Counted from the stretch's first letter, positions 39,283 through 48,844 are shown. The stretch: DNA of 64,000 bases from Vampirovibrio chlorellavorus (GCA_001858525.1 LAPX01000001.1:161473-225472); one strand, 5' to 3'. The notes: generated by a model from the sequence alone, not told the origin. Numbers and translations are program-made.

Positions 39283-40203
39283 ATGCCCAATCATCCCGGT
39301 CAATCGAGATTACATCGCCGTGCTTGGGGAAATGTAACGCCCGAGTATGCCCTGATTGGTGCGATTGTTCTCGGCGCGTCCTGTGTGGCCTTGGCCAATA
39401 TTGGAGATACGGTCTCCATTCTGTTTAATAATATGCTGGGCACCAAGCCAAAGCAAACCACTGAAGTCACCGCGCCGCCAACAGGCAACGGGCAAGTTAA
39501 TCCTCCCCCTCAGCAAGGTGCAGGGGTGCGCATCACCCTCTCTGATGGGACCATCATCCACTTACCGGAATACCCGCAGGATCTCACCTCATTAATCAGC
39601 ACGGCAGGGGCAAATGGAGCCACCGATGTACTGGCCAACACCATCAAAGTACTGGCCCAACAATTGCTGGATAGTGGCGCCATTACAAAGGCAGAATTCA
39701 ATAACCTGATTGCTATGTCCAACCAGGGTCACCGCATTGCCAATGTTCAAAAAGCCATTGAATCCGTGGCCCAAAATTCGAGCAGTCCCTCAGAGTTTAG
39801 TTCCAGTATGTTTGAGTTCGATGGGAACACATACAGTCTGGATGAAATCACTGCGCTCATTGGTTTCGATAACGATTCCATGGATCCCAACGCGGTTGTG
39901 GATCACCTAACCGACCCCACAGCCAGCCCCGAAATCAGTGCTTTTCAAAATCTTTTCGCAAAAGCACTGCAGACCGGCGCGTTGGATGATCCAGTGCTCC
40001 GGGATGTGGTTCAGACCTTATCAGAACAAATTCTGTCATTAAGCGACCTGACTAACATTGCAGCCTACAATATTGCAGATTACTCAGCACCTCCAAGCAG
40101 TATGACTCAGAATATAACAAGCAATTTAACCGATCAAAAAGCGGCTGGAATCTGTGGTGCCGGGGCCGGTGTGGATTCCGGAGTGCAATGCTCAGCCACC
40201 TGA
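39283..40203 (+). CDS. large Flp/Tad-type pilin-like protein, copy 1 (class III signal peptide plus ~270-aa C-terminal domain with terminal Cys-Cys loop)
   Basis: Leader MPNHPGQSRLHRRAWG|NVTPEYALIGAIVLG matches the Flp G|xxxxEY(G/A)(L/I)I motif; conserved mid-region NQGHRIANVQKAIE; C-terminal C-GAGAGVDSGVQ-C. Confidence 0.7.
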   Translation: MPNHPGQSRLHRRAWGNVTPEYALIGAIVLGASCVALANIGDTVSILFNNMLGTKPKQTTEVTAPPTGNGQVNPPPQQGAGVRITLSDGTIIHLPEYPQDLTSLISTAGANGATDVLANTIKVLAQQLLDSGAITKAEFNNLIAMSNQGHRIANVQKAIESVAQNSSSPSEFSSSMFEFDGNTYSLDEITALIGFDNDSMDPNAVVDHLTDPTASPEISAFQNLFAKALQTGALDDPVLRDVVQTLSEQILSLSDLTNIAAYNIADYSAPPSSMTQNITSNLTDQKAAGICGAGAGVDSGVQCSAT

Positions 40204-40352
40204 TTTTTCGATACGCCTGACCGTGACTTAAAGTTAACCGACCGACAAAAACAAGTCTGTAATTTGGAAGCTACAGGGGCCTCTAGAATGGAGGATTGAT
40301 GAAAGCCCACCCGTTTTTTAAACCCAATGTAAAAACATTTATAAATCCCTAA

Positions 40353-40640
40353 AGATTTGAGAAAAACCGTCGAAAAAAAGCTAAAGATTAGGATTTACCA
40401 ACTTTAACCATCATTTACTTTATCAGGAGAACCTTATGCGGCGTAAATACCCAGGCAGACCATACCGAACCGCCACTGTGGGGAATACTCTAACAGAATA
40501 TGGAATTATCGGTTTCATTGTCTTGGGGCTTAGCTGGTTGGCACTCAGCAACATGGGGGACTTTGTCTCTACCCTGTTCAAAAATATGTTGGGACAAAAA
40601 CCATCGCCAACGGCACAAGTCGCTGCACCACCGTCTTCAG
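40353..40640 (+). repeat. direct repeat A (~290 bp): conserved promoter, 5'UTR, leader and N-terminal coding module of Flp-like copy 2
   Basis: About 95% nucleotide identity to 41456..41741 (GAAAAACCGTCGAAAAAAAGCTAAAGATTAGGATTTACCAACTTTAACCA...ATCAGGAGAACCTTATG...); similarity ends abruptly after ...GCTGCACCACCGTC. Confidence 0.8.
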
Positions 40641-41356
40641 TAAGCCCTCCCACGGATACTGAGGGGCCACTGACCAGTGATGTACAAGTGACCTTAGGCA
40701 ATGGCACTACCCTGGATCTGTCAAGCTACCCCCTGGATTTTACAGAATCTGTTGTCACATCAGGCGCCAACGGAACTACCAACCTGCTCGCCAATACCCT
40801 TAAATCTCTTTCTCAACAACTCCTGGAAAAAGGAGAAATCAACCAAGATCAGTTCAACACACTAATCGCCCTGGCCAATCAAGGGCACCGGATGGCAAAG
40901 ATCCAAAAAGTCATTGAGACAATGGCCTTGAACTCAACTAGCTCCAATAAATATTACAACAGTGTTTTTAATTTTGATGGACAGACTTATACCGTAGATG
41001 AAATCAGTATGATGATAGGGTTTGACTATGATGATCCCTCTTCAATTTCAGACCCTTTAACGGATCCAAACGGTGGTGCAGAAGTCATAGAATACCAAAT
41101 GCTTTTTCAACAGGCAGTCAACAGCGGCGCCTTAAATGATCCGACTTTAAATCAAGTCATACGAACATTATCATCCCAAATCATATCGTTATCGGCTTTA
41201 ACCGAACATGCCTCTTACAATATCGCTATTATTGGAGATCCCCCAGACAGTATAAGAGAAAATATTACCAGTAATTTAAACAATAAAAACGCAGCCGGGA
41301 TCTGCGGGGCAGGCAACGGTGTGGATAATGGAGTCCAGTGTGCGTCAGGCGGCTAG
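40436..41356 (+). CDS. large Flp/Tad-type pilin-like protein, copy 2
   Basis: MRRKYPGRPYRTATVG|NTLTEYGIIGFIVLG; conserved NQGHRMAKIQKVIE; C-terminal C-GAGNGVDNGVQ-C; RBS CAGGAGAA. Confidence 0.7.
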   Translation: MRRKYPGRPYRTATVGNTLTEYGIIGFIVLGLSWLALSNMGDFVSTLFKNMLGQKPSPTAQVAAPPSSVSPPTDTEGPLTSDVQVTLGNGTTLDLSSYPLDFTESVVTSGANGTTNLLANTLKSLSQQLLEKGEINQDQFNTLIALANQGHRMAKIQKVIETMALNSTSSNKYYNSVFNFDGQTYTVDEISMMIGFDYDDPSSISDPLTDPNGGAEVIEYQMLFQQAVNSGALNDPTLNQVIRTLSSQIISLSALTEHASYNIAIIGDPPDSIRENITSNLNNKNAAGICGAGNGVDNGVQCASGG

Positions 41357-41455
41357 AATCCTGATTAGTCCATTCGCCTGAGCTGTGGAAAACTAGCCGA
41401 CCACAATTCTTAGAAAGTTTTGATTCGAATGTAGAAAATAATATAGAAATGCCTT

Positions 41456-41741
41456 CAGATTAAAGAAAAACCGTCGAAAAAAAGCTAAAGATTAGGATTT
41501 ACCAACTTTAACCAATGCTCACTGTATCAGGAGAACCTTATGTAGCGTAAATACCGAGGCAAAACGTACCGAACCACCACTGTGGGGAATTCCCTAACAG
41601 AATATGGAATCATCGGTCTCATTGTCTTGGGGCTTAGCTGGTTGGCACTCAGCAACATGGGGGACTTTGTCTCCACCCTGTTCAAAAACATGTTGGGAGA
41701 AAAACCATCGTCAACGGCACAAGTCGCTGCACCACCGTCCT
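41456..41741 (+). repeat. direct repeat B (~290 bp): 5' module of Flp-like copy 3, near-identical to repeat A
   Basis: See 40353..40640. Confidence 0.8.
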
Positions 41742-42460
41742 CAGGCGCAGGTATCAACACCCCTGACGCACTCACGAATAACCTGAACGATGGAAGCTTA
41801 CTTGAAATTGGATTAAGTAAAAGGTTGCAAACGTTAGGGGCAAACGGTGCAACTTCTACTCTGGCAAACGAATTGATAAGAGTGGCAGAGGAGGCCTTGG
41901 CTACTGAAAAAATCAATCAAGAGCAGTATGATATTTTGATACAGCTTGCTAATCAAGGTCACAGAATGGCTGACATTCAGTTTATGATTGAGAATGCCAT
42001 TGAACTTTCTAATGGGAATTATAATGAATTTAGTTCGAGTGAAGTTACCTGGGATGGGCGTACTTATACGGTATTAGAACTCTCTAAGATGTTAGGTCAT
42101 GATGGCTCGCCTAATATTTACACATCAGAAGGAAATATTTTAGAAGATCTATCTTCTATGAAAAACAGTGCCGTAGATCCTGAACTGGCTGCATTTATAA
42201 ATCTGTATAAGCAAGCACTGGATAGCGGCGCTCTATCGGATCCTTTGGTGAGCTCCACCGTGGAAAGCGCAGCCACTCAGATTGCAAGTATTGGGGAAAT
42301 TGTACAGCATTCTATTTATGAATTTTCAGAAGGTGATGTTAACACCGTTTCCGAGTTTAAGGATAACCAGGTTTCCATTGCAACAGATATGGAGTCTTCT
42401 AATATTTGCAAGGCTGGAGATTACGACGACAGTGGCGTTTACTGTTCACCCAAGAATTAG
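41582..42460 (+). CDS. large Flp/Tad-type pilin-like protein, copy 3. The ancestral start ATG at 41537 is followed immediately by TAG, so the ORF can only initiate at GTG 41582 (leader reduced to about 2 aa). Possible pseudogene or silent cassette
   Basis: atgTAGcgtaaatac... vs copy 2 atgCGGcgtaaatac...; downstream frame encodes ...TTTVG|NSLTEYGIIGLIVLG, NQGHRMADIQFMIE, C-terminal C-KAGDYDDSGVY-C. Confidence 0.55.
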   Translation: MGNSLTEYGIIGLIVLGLSWLALSNMGDFVSTLFKNMLGEKPSSTAQVAAPPSSGAGINTPDALTNNLNDGSLLEIGLSKRLQTLGANGATSTLANELIRVAEEALATEKINQEQYDILIQLANQGHRMADIQFMIENAIELSNGNYNEFSSSEVTWDGRTYTVLELSKMLGHDGSPNIYTSEGNILEDLSSMKNSAVDPELAAFINLYKQALDSGALSDPLVSSTVESAATQIASIGEIVQHSIYEFSEGDVNTVSEFKDNQVSIATDMESSNICKAGDYDDSGVYCSPKN

Positions 42461-42615
42461 GGATTGAAAAATCAGGAGATTATCTCTGAGGAACTAAAAA
42501 TCAGCCGAATGACTATCTCAGGACCCCAATTCGGGTAATCCAGAGACTGGCAGAAAAGAATAAAATAAAGGGGTTCCACCCTCCCGTCAGGAGATAGCTA
42601 TCAAGGAGGCTCCTG

Positions 42616-42981
42616 ATGACATGCTCAGACTTAGCTCTTCTTAAAACGGAATGGCTCTCAAGAAGAAAGCCTGACGCTACCCTATTGCGGGCAACCCACT
42701 TTGAAAAACTGATTCAATGCTTTAGTCAGGGCTACCCGCCCTCAGTTCAAATGCCATCGGTTGTATCACTGGCAGCGCTTTACCAGTGCGAGATTCTGTC
42801 CTTGTTGGGCAGCCTGAAACAATTGCATCAACATGCCTACGACTACAGGATGAACAGCCTGGATTTACCGCTGGTGCTTCTGGATCCGCTGTCTCGTTTT
42901 CGTTGCAGAAAATCACTGCTACGCCTGAAAAAAAGACAGACTCTCAAAAATAAGAAACAGGTAAACCCTTACCACTTATGA
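42616..42981 (+). CDS. hypothetical protein (121 aa)
   Basis: Strong SD AAGGAGG 8 nt upstream of ATG; no recognised domain. Confidence 0.5.
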   Translation: MTCSDLALLKTEWLSRRKPDATLLRATHFEKLIQCFSQGYPPSVQMPSVVSLAALYQCEILSLLGSLKQLHQHAYDYRMNSLDLPLVLLDPLSRFRCRKSLLRLKKRQTLKNKKQVNPYHL

Positions 42982-43030
42982 TACCCAGAGTAAACCACCC
43001 ATCGTGATTCACTTGGAGGAGAGACCCACT

Positions 43031-43486
43031 ATGAAGATTTTATTGCCCATTGATGGCTCCGATTGCTCAAACCGCACGCTGGAATGGGCAAGCCAAACCT
43101 TTGATCCACAAAACACCCAGTATCACTTATTGTTTGTCATACCAGTTTTGCCGGACTTAAACACAGTGGAATTCGATATCGTGGAAGCCACGGCCATGTT
43201 ACGAAAAGCCGGTAATTACCTGGAGCGCCAGCATTGTACCGTGGGCAGCTCCGATTACGCGCTGGGAGACACGGTGGATCAGATTTGCCGATACGCCGAT
43301 GATATTAATGCCGATCAAATTGTACTGGGCTCCCATGGCAGAACCGGCCTGGCAAAGCTGATTATGGGGAGCACCAGTACCCAGGTTTTGGAACGCAGCC
43401 GCAGACCGGTCACCATCCATCATCCAGTGCCCATCAGTGGCAGTGCCAAAGCGGTCAGCCAGACCGAAGAAGCACTCAGCACCTGA
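43031..43486 (+). CDS. universal stress protein (UspA family)
   Basis: MKILLPIDGS...IVLGSHGRTGLAKLIMGSTSTQVLERSRRPVTIHH Usp ATP-binding motif; SD GGAGGAG before the Met at 43031. Confidence 0.8.
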   Translation: MKILLPIDGSDCSNRTLEWASQTFDPQNTQYHLLFVIPVLPDLNTVEFDIVEATAMLRKAGNYLERQHCTVGSSDYALGDTVDQICRYADDINADQIVLGSHGRTGLAKLIMGSTSTQVLERSRRPVTIHHPVPISGSAKAVSQTEEALST

Positions 43487-43979
43487 AGCACGGGCTTACA
43501 CAAAAAGCATTCAGTTTGCATTTAACCCAAGGGCATAAAACTCAGCCCTGCAACAGAAGCCCTGCGGAAGGCTTCTGTTGGTTATGCAAAATTTCAATAG
43601 CCCATCAGCATCAACAGATTGTGCGGTCAGTCTTACCATTTCCGGAGAAATTACCCAAGTGGTTAGGTATGTTTACACAGCATTTTGCATACAATAAACA
43701 CTGTTCGGAGTCTCAAAGCCCAAGGCGTTGACTCCCTTTTGGACCCCAGTTTTTACGTTTGGAATGGTTATTTACCCGTGGAAAAGGATATCGTTTGATT
43801 AAACTCATTGGCTGAATGCGCCTTTTTCTCTTCTAACGAGAAAGTGGCTAAAGACTTAGCGTGGTCACAGTACATCATTCCCAGCCCCTCCAGGCTTTGC
43901 TGAGGGGTTTTTTCATGTCTGGAACACCACAACAAAATTTACTCAAGCAGTGACAAATATGTTGTGAAAGGATACTGAC

Positions 43980-44330
43980 CTAATATTTTGCTGGAAAACG
44001 ACGATGGCCAGGAATCTGTCGTTTATAGCTGGCGGGTTGCGAAGGAGCTTTTGCCGTGCCATTCAGCGCCGCAACACCGGGACGCAACAACGGACTCTGA
44101 GTGTAAAGCTGACTCTTGAATTCCAGAATATCCACAGCGCCTTGCTGGGCCCGTTGCTCCGTGCGGGGAACGTTGACTCTGCGCAGTAACTTCATGACCT
44201 GCTGTGTACCGGCCAATTCCGCAGGAATCCGCACAGACGATTTGGCAAAACCAACGCCCGTCACCAAAAATAAGGTAACTACTAATCCAGTCACGTAACC
44301 AGTGAATCGAGTCATATTATGAGACCTCAT
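43980..44330 (-). CDS. hypothetical membrane-anchored small protein
   Basis: N-terminal TM helix (TGYVTGLVVTLFLVTGVGFA); start uncertain (Met at 44330 or 44315). Confidence 0.3.
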   Translation of the reverse strand: MRSHNMTRFTGYVTGLVVTLFLVTGVGFAKSSVRIPAELAGTQQVMKLLRRVNVPRTEQRAQQGAVDILEFKSQLYTQSPLLRPGVAALNGTAKAPSQPASYKRQIPGHRRFPAKY

Positions 44331-44545
44331 CCGGGCTAACCTCGTTGTCTTCCTCTGTGAACCTGATATCGAACTGACATCGGTAAAATGAGAGTTGCTC
44401 ACTAAAAAACAAAAAACATACAATAGTTGCCTCTAACCCATCATTTTACACAGTACCTAAACAGCCACTGAAATACATCCCCAGTTTGTAGGGGTCAACC
44501 GTCTAATCGAGCAAGATGGGGTCTGATTTTCCCGTTAAACCAGAA

Positions 44546-44581
44546 CAAAAAGGGCACCCTCGAAGTGAGGATGCCCTTTTT
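44546..44581 (-). terminator. bidirectional rho-independent terminator
   Basis: GGGCACCCTC gaagt GAGGATGCCC stem flanked by AAAAA (left) and TTTTT (right), immediately downstream of the PFOR beta gene. Confidence 0.55.
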
Positions 44582-44601
44582 CAGGAATCAGAGGACAGCG
44601 A

Positions 44602-46239
44602 TTAAGCAGTCACTGTCTTTTTGGCTTCCATTTCAGCCAAGAGGTCCTTGTTTTCAATGCCAGCCAGCTCTTGCAGCAAACGCCAGTTTAACTGCCGATC
44701 CAGTTTAGCGTTCTGGATATCCTGAGTGGTTGGATTACCGTCTTTGTCAAAGTGCTTTTTGAAGCGCCCTTCAGTTTTGGCCCAATCAATGAAGGTCAAC
44801 TCCTGCATCTCGCCATCCGGCCCTTTGACCCAGGCCCAATCCCGATCCGGGTTGGGGTTGCCGGTCATGTTGAAGCGGCTCTTCATAGTGGGGCCAGCCT
44901 CTGGATCGTAGATGAACAGAGGGAAGGCCCGGCTTTGAACGGCCAGCTTGGCTTGATGGGCAGCCATGTTGTCAGCCACACCGTGTTCAGGTTGGCAAGT
45001 GGTGAACACGTTAATGACAGCAGGCCCTTTGAATTCCAAAGCCCGGTTAATGACCTTGAAGAAGTGGGTGGTGTTAGACCCAATGGTTTGGGCCACAAAC
45101 ACATTGGGGTGCATCACGCAGATCTGACCCAACTCTTTACGGCGCTCCAGCTTACCGTGATGGGATTTACCGTAGGCGCCCATTTTGGACTCCTGACCGG
45201 TGTAAGAAGAGGTGGACTGCTGACCGCCGGTGTTGGAGTACACCTGAGTATCCAGAACCAGCACCTTGATGTTCATGCCCGACATCAACATCCGGCTCAG
45301 GGCCTGGAATCCGATGTCCAACATGGCGCCGTCGCCGCCCATGTTCCACAATACCCAGTCTTCATGACCGTTTTGATCCCAGTAGGCACGAACGCCCATG
45401 GCATCGGTGGGGCCATTTTCAAACAGGGAGTTGGTCCACGGCACCGTGTAAGGGTTGTAAGGGTAGGTGGAACCGTACACGGTGTTACAGCCAGTGGAGG
45501 CCACGATACCGAAACGATCGCCTACTTTTTCGTGCGTGGCAGCCAACATTTGACGGATGACCGAGGCTTCACCGCAACCCATGCAGGAGCCAGCGCCGCC
45601 TTTGTACATGTTCAGGTTACCCAGCTTCAGCATCAAGTCACGCATATCGGCTTTGTTGATGTGGGTGAACGGAGACTCTGGCAGGGATTTGTAGAAACCA
45701 TAGGTTTCCAGATAGGTGGGCAGATTTTCGGGGGTTTTCTTGATCATCTTCAAAGCGTCGTGGTTGCCGCAGACTTCCACGCACTCGCCGCAGCCCTTGC
45801 ACTTGGTGGGATCGATGAAAATACCGAACAAGGCGCCTTCAGGCAGAGAAGAATCCTTGGCCCGCTTTTTCTCGAACTGGCCGTGGTACTTCACGGTGGT
45901 AGCAAACTGCTTGCGCAGGTACTCTTTGTGGGATTCATCCGTGACGTTGGCCAGTTCTTTTTCCAAATCTTCCGGCTTCACGATTTTGCCCAAAATAGCG
46001 GTATCCGGGCAATTGTTGACGCAATCCATACAGCCGACGCAATTTTCAGCCAGGTACTCCGGCAGTTCCGGCGCAATGTAGCTGAAATCACGCGCACCAC
46101 CGGTACCGGCAGGCAGTACACTCTGGGCCACGAATTCATCGGCAGGCTGACTGGAGCCAGCGCCTTTGTTATAGGCGTCTACCACTTCTTCCGCTCGCTG
46201 GTAGTCGTACCAGTGATTGTTCTTTTCTTGTGCACTCAT
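44602..46239 (-). CDS. pyruvate/2-oxoacid:ferredoxin oxidoreductase, beta subunit with fused N-terminal 2x[4Fe-4S] ferredoxin (delta) domain and TPP-binding domain
   Basis: Two CxxCxxCxxxCP clusters (CVGCMDCVNNCP, CKGCGECVEVCG); TPP motif GGDGAMLDIGFQAL...VLDTQVYSNTGGQ; corresponds to domains V-VI of single-chain PFOR. Confidence 0.88.
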   Translation of the reverse strand: MSAQEKNNHWYDYQRAEEVVDAYNKGAGSSQPADEFVAQSVLPAGTGGARDFSYIAPELPEYLAENCVGCMDCVNNCPDTAILGKIVKPEDLEKELANVTDESHKEYLRKQFATTVKYHGQFEKKRAKDSSLPEGALFGIFIDPTKCKGCGECVEVCGNHDALKMIKKTPENLPTYLETYGFYKSLPESPFTHINKADMRDLMLKLGNLNMYKGGAGSCMGCGEASVIRQMLAATHEKVGDRFGIVASTGCNTVYGSTYPYNPYTVPWTNSLFENGPTDAMGVRAYWDQNGHEDWVLWNMGGDGAMLDIGFQALSRMLMSGMNIKVLVLDTQVYSNTGGQQSTSSYTGQESKMGAYGKSHHGKLERRKELGQICVMHPNVFVAQTIGSNTTHFFKVINRALEFKGPAVINVFTTCQPEHGVADNMAAHQAKLAVQSRAFPLFIYDPEAGPTMKSRFNMTGNPNPDRDWAWVKGPDGEMQELTFIDWAKTEGRFKKHFDKDGNPTTQDIQNAKLDRQLNWRLLQELAGIENKDLLAEMEAKKTVTA

Positions 46240-46305
46240 GGGGATAAAACTCCTTTATTCGCAAGTTTTAAAACGATTGGCGGCAGTATGCCAGAGATTG
46301 CCGGG

Positions 46306-48363
46306 CTAGATAAAGAACGCGTTGGTGTCTTTACCTTTGGCTTCCCATTCCAGACGGCCTTTTTCCAGCACATCAGCCGGAGTACCATCAATCACGGAAC
46401 GAGGAACCTCCAGAACCTGGTTGAAGCCTTTGCGAGCCGCTTCCAGGTTGTCCCGAACCACGTCAGCCCCTTTGCGACCAAAGTATTTCTCAATGGGGAT
46501 ACGCACCCGATCGAACAACTCATCGTCGCTCAAGCCAGCATCCTTCTGGAACGGCGTGAGGCGCAGGAACACGCCCAGCAACACAATTCCCTGGAAGCGC
46601 TGTACCAGCGAGTCATCGGATTTACAGCTTTCCTGAGCAATGCGGATGGTATCAACGCCGTAGAAGCGAATATTATTTTCTTTAATAAAGTATTTGGCCC
46701 AATCCGGCACCGAGTTCCACAACAATTGAGGATCTTCGGTGGGGGTGTGCTGGAAGAGGGTGCAACCGGGCTGTAAGCCAACCAGGGGGTTACCCATGTT
46801 CCAGGTGTTGGGGTCCATCAGGGGAACAAACTCTACTTGAATCAGCTCGCTGTGGGTCCCGATTTTACCGGACTTGGTCGTGGTCAGGTAAGTGTTGGTG
46901 GGCAAGCCTTTTTTCTCGGAACCATATTTGGGAGAAGCCTGCACTTTGAAACCAAAGATGTCGCCCAAGCAGGTCGCGATAATTTTATTGGTGGTCACCG
47001 AACCGTAACCGCCCACGGAGTGGCCGCGAATGGAGAAGGCACCGGCAGGACGCACATCCGGCTCATCGCTCACTTCCAGTGCACTGGCGTGATCAATGCC
47101 CAAACTAAAGAAGCGCTTGTTCAAGCCCTTCTCGGTCATATTTTCAACGGTAGCAACCATTTGACCCGGGGTTACATCACGGCTACCCAGACCGGCCACA
47201 CCGGAGTAAATCACCGGAATACGGTCGATTTTTGGATAACCAGGCGTGCCCATAGCCGCCTTAGCGAAGGCCGCTTCAATTTCAGCGGTCAAGGGGTTGG
47301 AGACACCCAGGGGGTTGTCCATCCGCTCAATGACAGCAAAGGCTTTCAGGTGCTTGAGGGCCTCGACCACTTGTGGGCCGGGGAAAGGACGGAAAGAAGT
47401 AATGGTCAGGCTGCCGGTTTTGTGACCCAGGCTGCGCAGGTGATCCAGGGTAACCGAGGCGGTTTCAGCCGTAGAACCCATTGCCACGATGCCATACTCG
47501 GCATCTTTCAGCTGGAAAGGCACCGTTAAGGAATAACGACGGCCGGTCAGCTTGTAGAATTCTTCCATAGCCTCTTCCAGGGCCGCAGGAATTTGATCGT
47601 AGAAGATGCGCTGAGCGATTTTTCCAGCCATGTAGCTGTCTTGGTTCTGAACCACACCACTCATCAGGGGAAAGTTGGGATCAAACAGTTTGCGCAGTTT
47701 CTCTTCCGGGGCGCCCAGGAACTCCCGAACCAGTTCATCTTCCTGGAACAGAACGTTTTCAATGGTGTGCGTGGTCAAAAAGCCATCCTGAATGTTCATA
47801 AACGGCGTTTTGGTTTTTTCAGCCACCCGACGGGAAATCAAGCACAAATCGCCAGCTTCCTGAGCGTTTTGGGCAAACAACATGCCCCAACCCACATCGG
47901 TAACGGACATTACATCATCGTGTCCGGCGTGTACGTTCAGAGAATGAGAGGTCAAAGCACGGGCACCAATGTTAAACACAAGCCCCAAACGCTTCCCGGA
48001 GATGGTGTAAAGCACTTCCTTCATCAAAACCAGGCCTTGACCGGAGGTGAAGTTGGTTACCCGGCCACCAGCCACGGCATAGCCTTCGGAAGCGGAAGCC
48101 GAACTATGCTCGGATTCCGGCTGGAGCCACATAATGTCTTTGCCCCAAACGTTTTTCATACCGTTAGAATAAGCGGTTTGATAGCCAACCCCCATGCTGG
48201 TTGAAGGGGTGATGGGGTAAGCAATACCAGCCTCACAGGCACGTGTTTCCACGTGTACCACCATGGCCGAGCCATCAGCAGTACCGGGAATACCGGGGTA
48301 CTTGAATTTTTGCGCTGACACGTTAGATTCTTCCTGTGTTTTAGGCGGTTGGGCAAGAGCCAT
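46306..48363 (-). CDS. pyruvate/2-oxoacid:ferredoxin oxidoreductase, alpha subunit (domains I-II-III, alpha+gamma fused)
   Basis: N-terminal ...GIAYPITPSTSMG... PFOR domain I signature; length 685 aa; in an operon with the beta subunit. Confidence 0.88.
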   Translation of the reverse strand: MALAQPPKTQEESNVSAQKFKYPGIPGTADGSAMVVHVETRACEAGIAYPITPSTSMGVGYQTAYSNGMKNVWGKDIMWLQPESEHSSASASEGYAVAGGRVTNFTSGQGLVLMKEVLYTISGKRLGLVFNIGARALTSHSLNVHAGHDDVMSVTDVGWGMLFAQNAQEAGDLCLISRRVAEKTKTPFMNIQDGFLTTHTIENVLFQEDELVREFLGAPEEKLRKLFDPNFPLMSGVVQNQDSYMAGKIAQRIFYDQIPAALEEAMEEFYKLTGRRYSLTVPFQLKDAEYGIVAMGSTAETASVTLDHLRSLGHKTGSLTITSFRPFPGPQVVEALKHLKAFAVIERMDNPLGVSNPLTAEIEAAFAKAAMGTPGYPKIDRIPVIYSGVAGLGSRDVTPGQMVATVENMTEKGLNKRFFSLGIDHASALEVSDEPDVRPAGAFSIRGHSVGGYGSVTTNKIIATCLGDIFGFKVQASPKYGSEKKGLPTNTYLTTTKSGKIGTHSELIQVEFVPLMDPNTWNMGNPLVGLQPGCTLFQHTPTEDPQLLWNSVPDWAKYFIKENNIRFYGVDTIRIAQESCKSDDSLVQRFQGIVLLGVFLRLTPFQKDAGLSDDELFDRVRIPIEKYFGRKGADVVRDNLEAARKGFNQVLEVPRSVIDGTPADVLEKGRLEWEAKGKDTNAFFI

Positions 48364-48844
48364 AAACGCTTCTCCTATTCAGTATGAACAAAGTGGTCAA
48401 AAAAAAACTTCAGTTGAGGGTTCGAGTCGTAAGTAAAACAGCAAATGGCTCAGTGAGACTTGTTTCAGGGTCACTGGCCCATTGCCAAGCTCTTGAGTCA
48501 TTAACTCCTGAGCCGTAAAACCGGGGGTGAGGATCTCAAACTGCCATCTATTGTACAGAAAATGCGGTATTTTCAAAGCGCTGTTTTCAATCCTTGGGGG
48601 ATAAGCCGCTTGAAGCCTATGCCTGAAAACGACTGCCCGTGTATGATTCTGGGGATTTGTTAACTTTATCGAATTTTTTTTCGAATTAACGCTTGCCTTT
48701 TTGCCAAGGAAGAGTATCATAGAATTTACGTTCGATAGAAAAAGCGTTCGAGAGCAATTAAAACACCGCTCATCAATCGCTTACCTGTCAATCAATCGAA
48801 CCCCATTACAATCACTCTCATTTAGAGAACACGCCGCCAGCAAG

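Noticed and set aside
39037-39303. 88-aa minus-strand ORF upstream of Flp-like copy 1
   Set aside because: Phe-rich translation of an A/T-rich promoter region; overlaps the Flp-like gene start; no RBS
43549-43588. Perfect 11-bp hairpin CAACAGAAGCC…GGCTTCTGTTG downstream of uspA
   Set aside because: Could be a terminator but lacks a following T-run; noted as a structure only
44752-46776. 674-aa plus-strand ORF
   Set aside because: Antisense to the well-supported PFOR beta/alpha genes; typical long spurious ORF of high-GC DNA (Ala/Gly/Val/His-rich, no motifs)
48701-48844. N-terminal 48-aa extension of LexA
   Set aside because: No homology to LexA; a start at Met 48845 gives a normal LexA N-terminus (DNA-binding domain)
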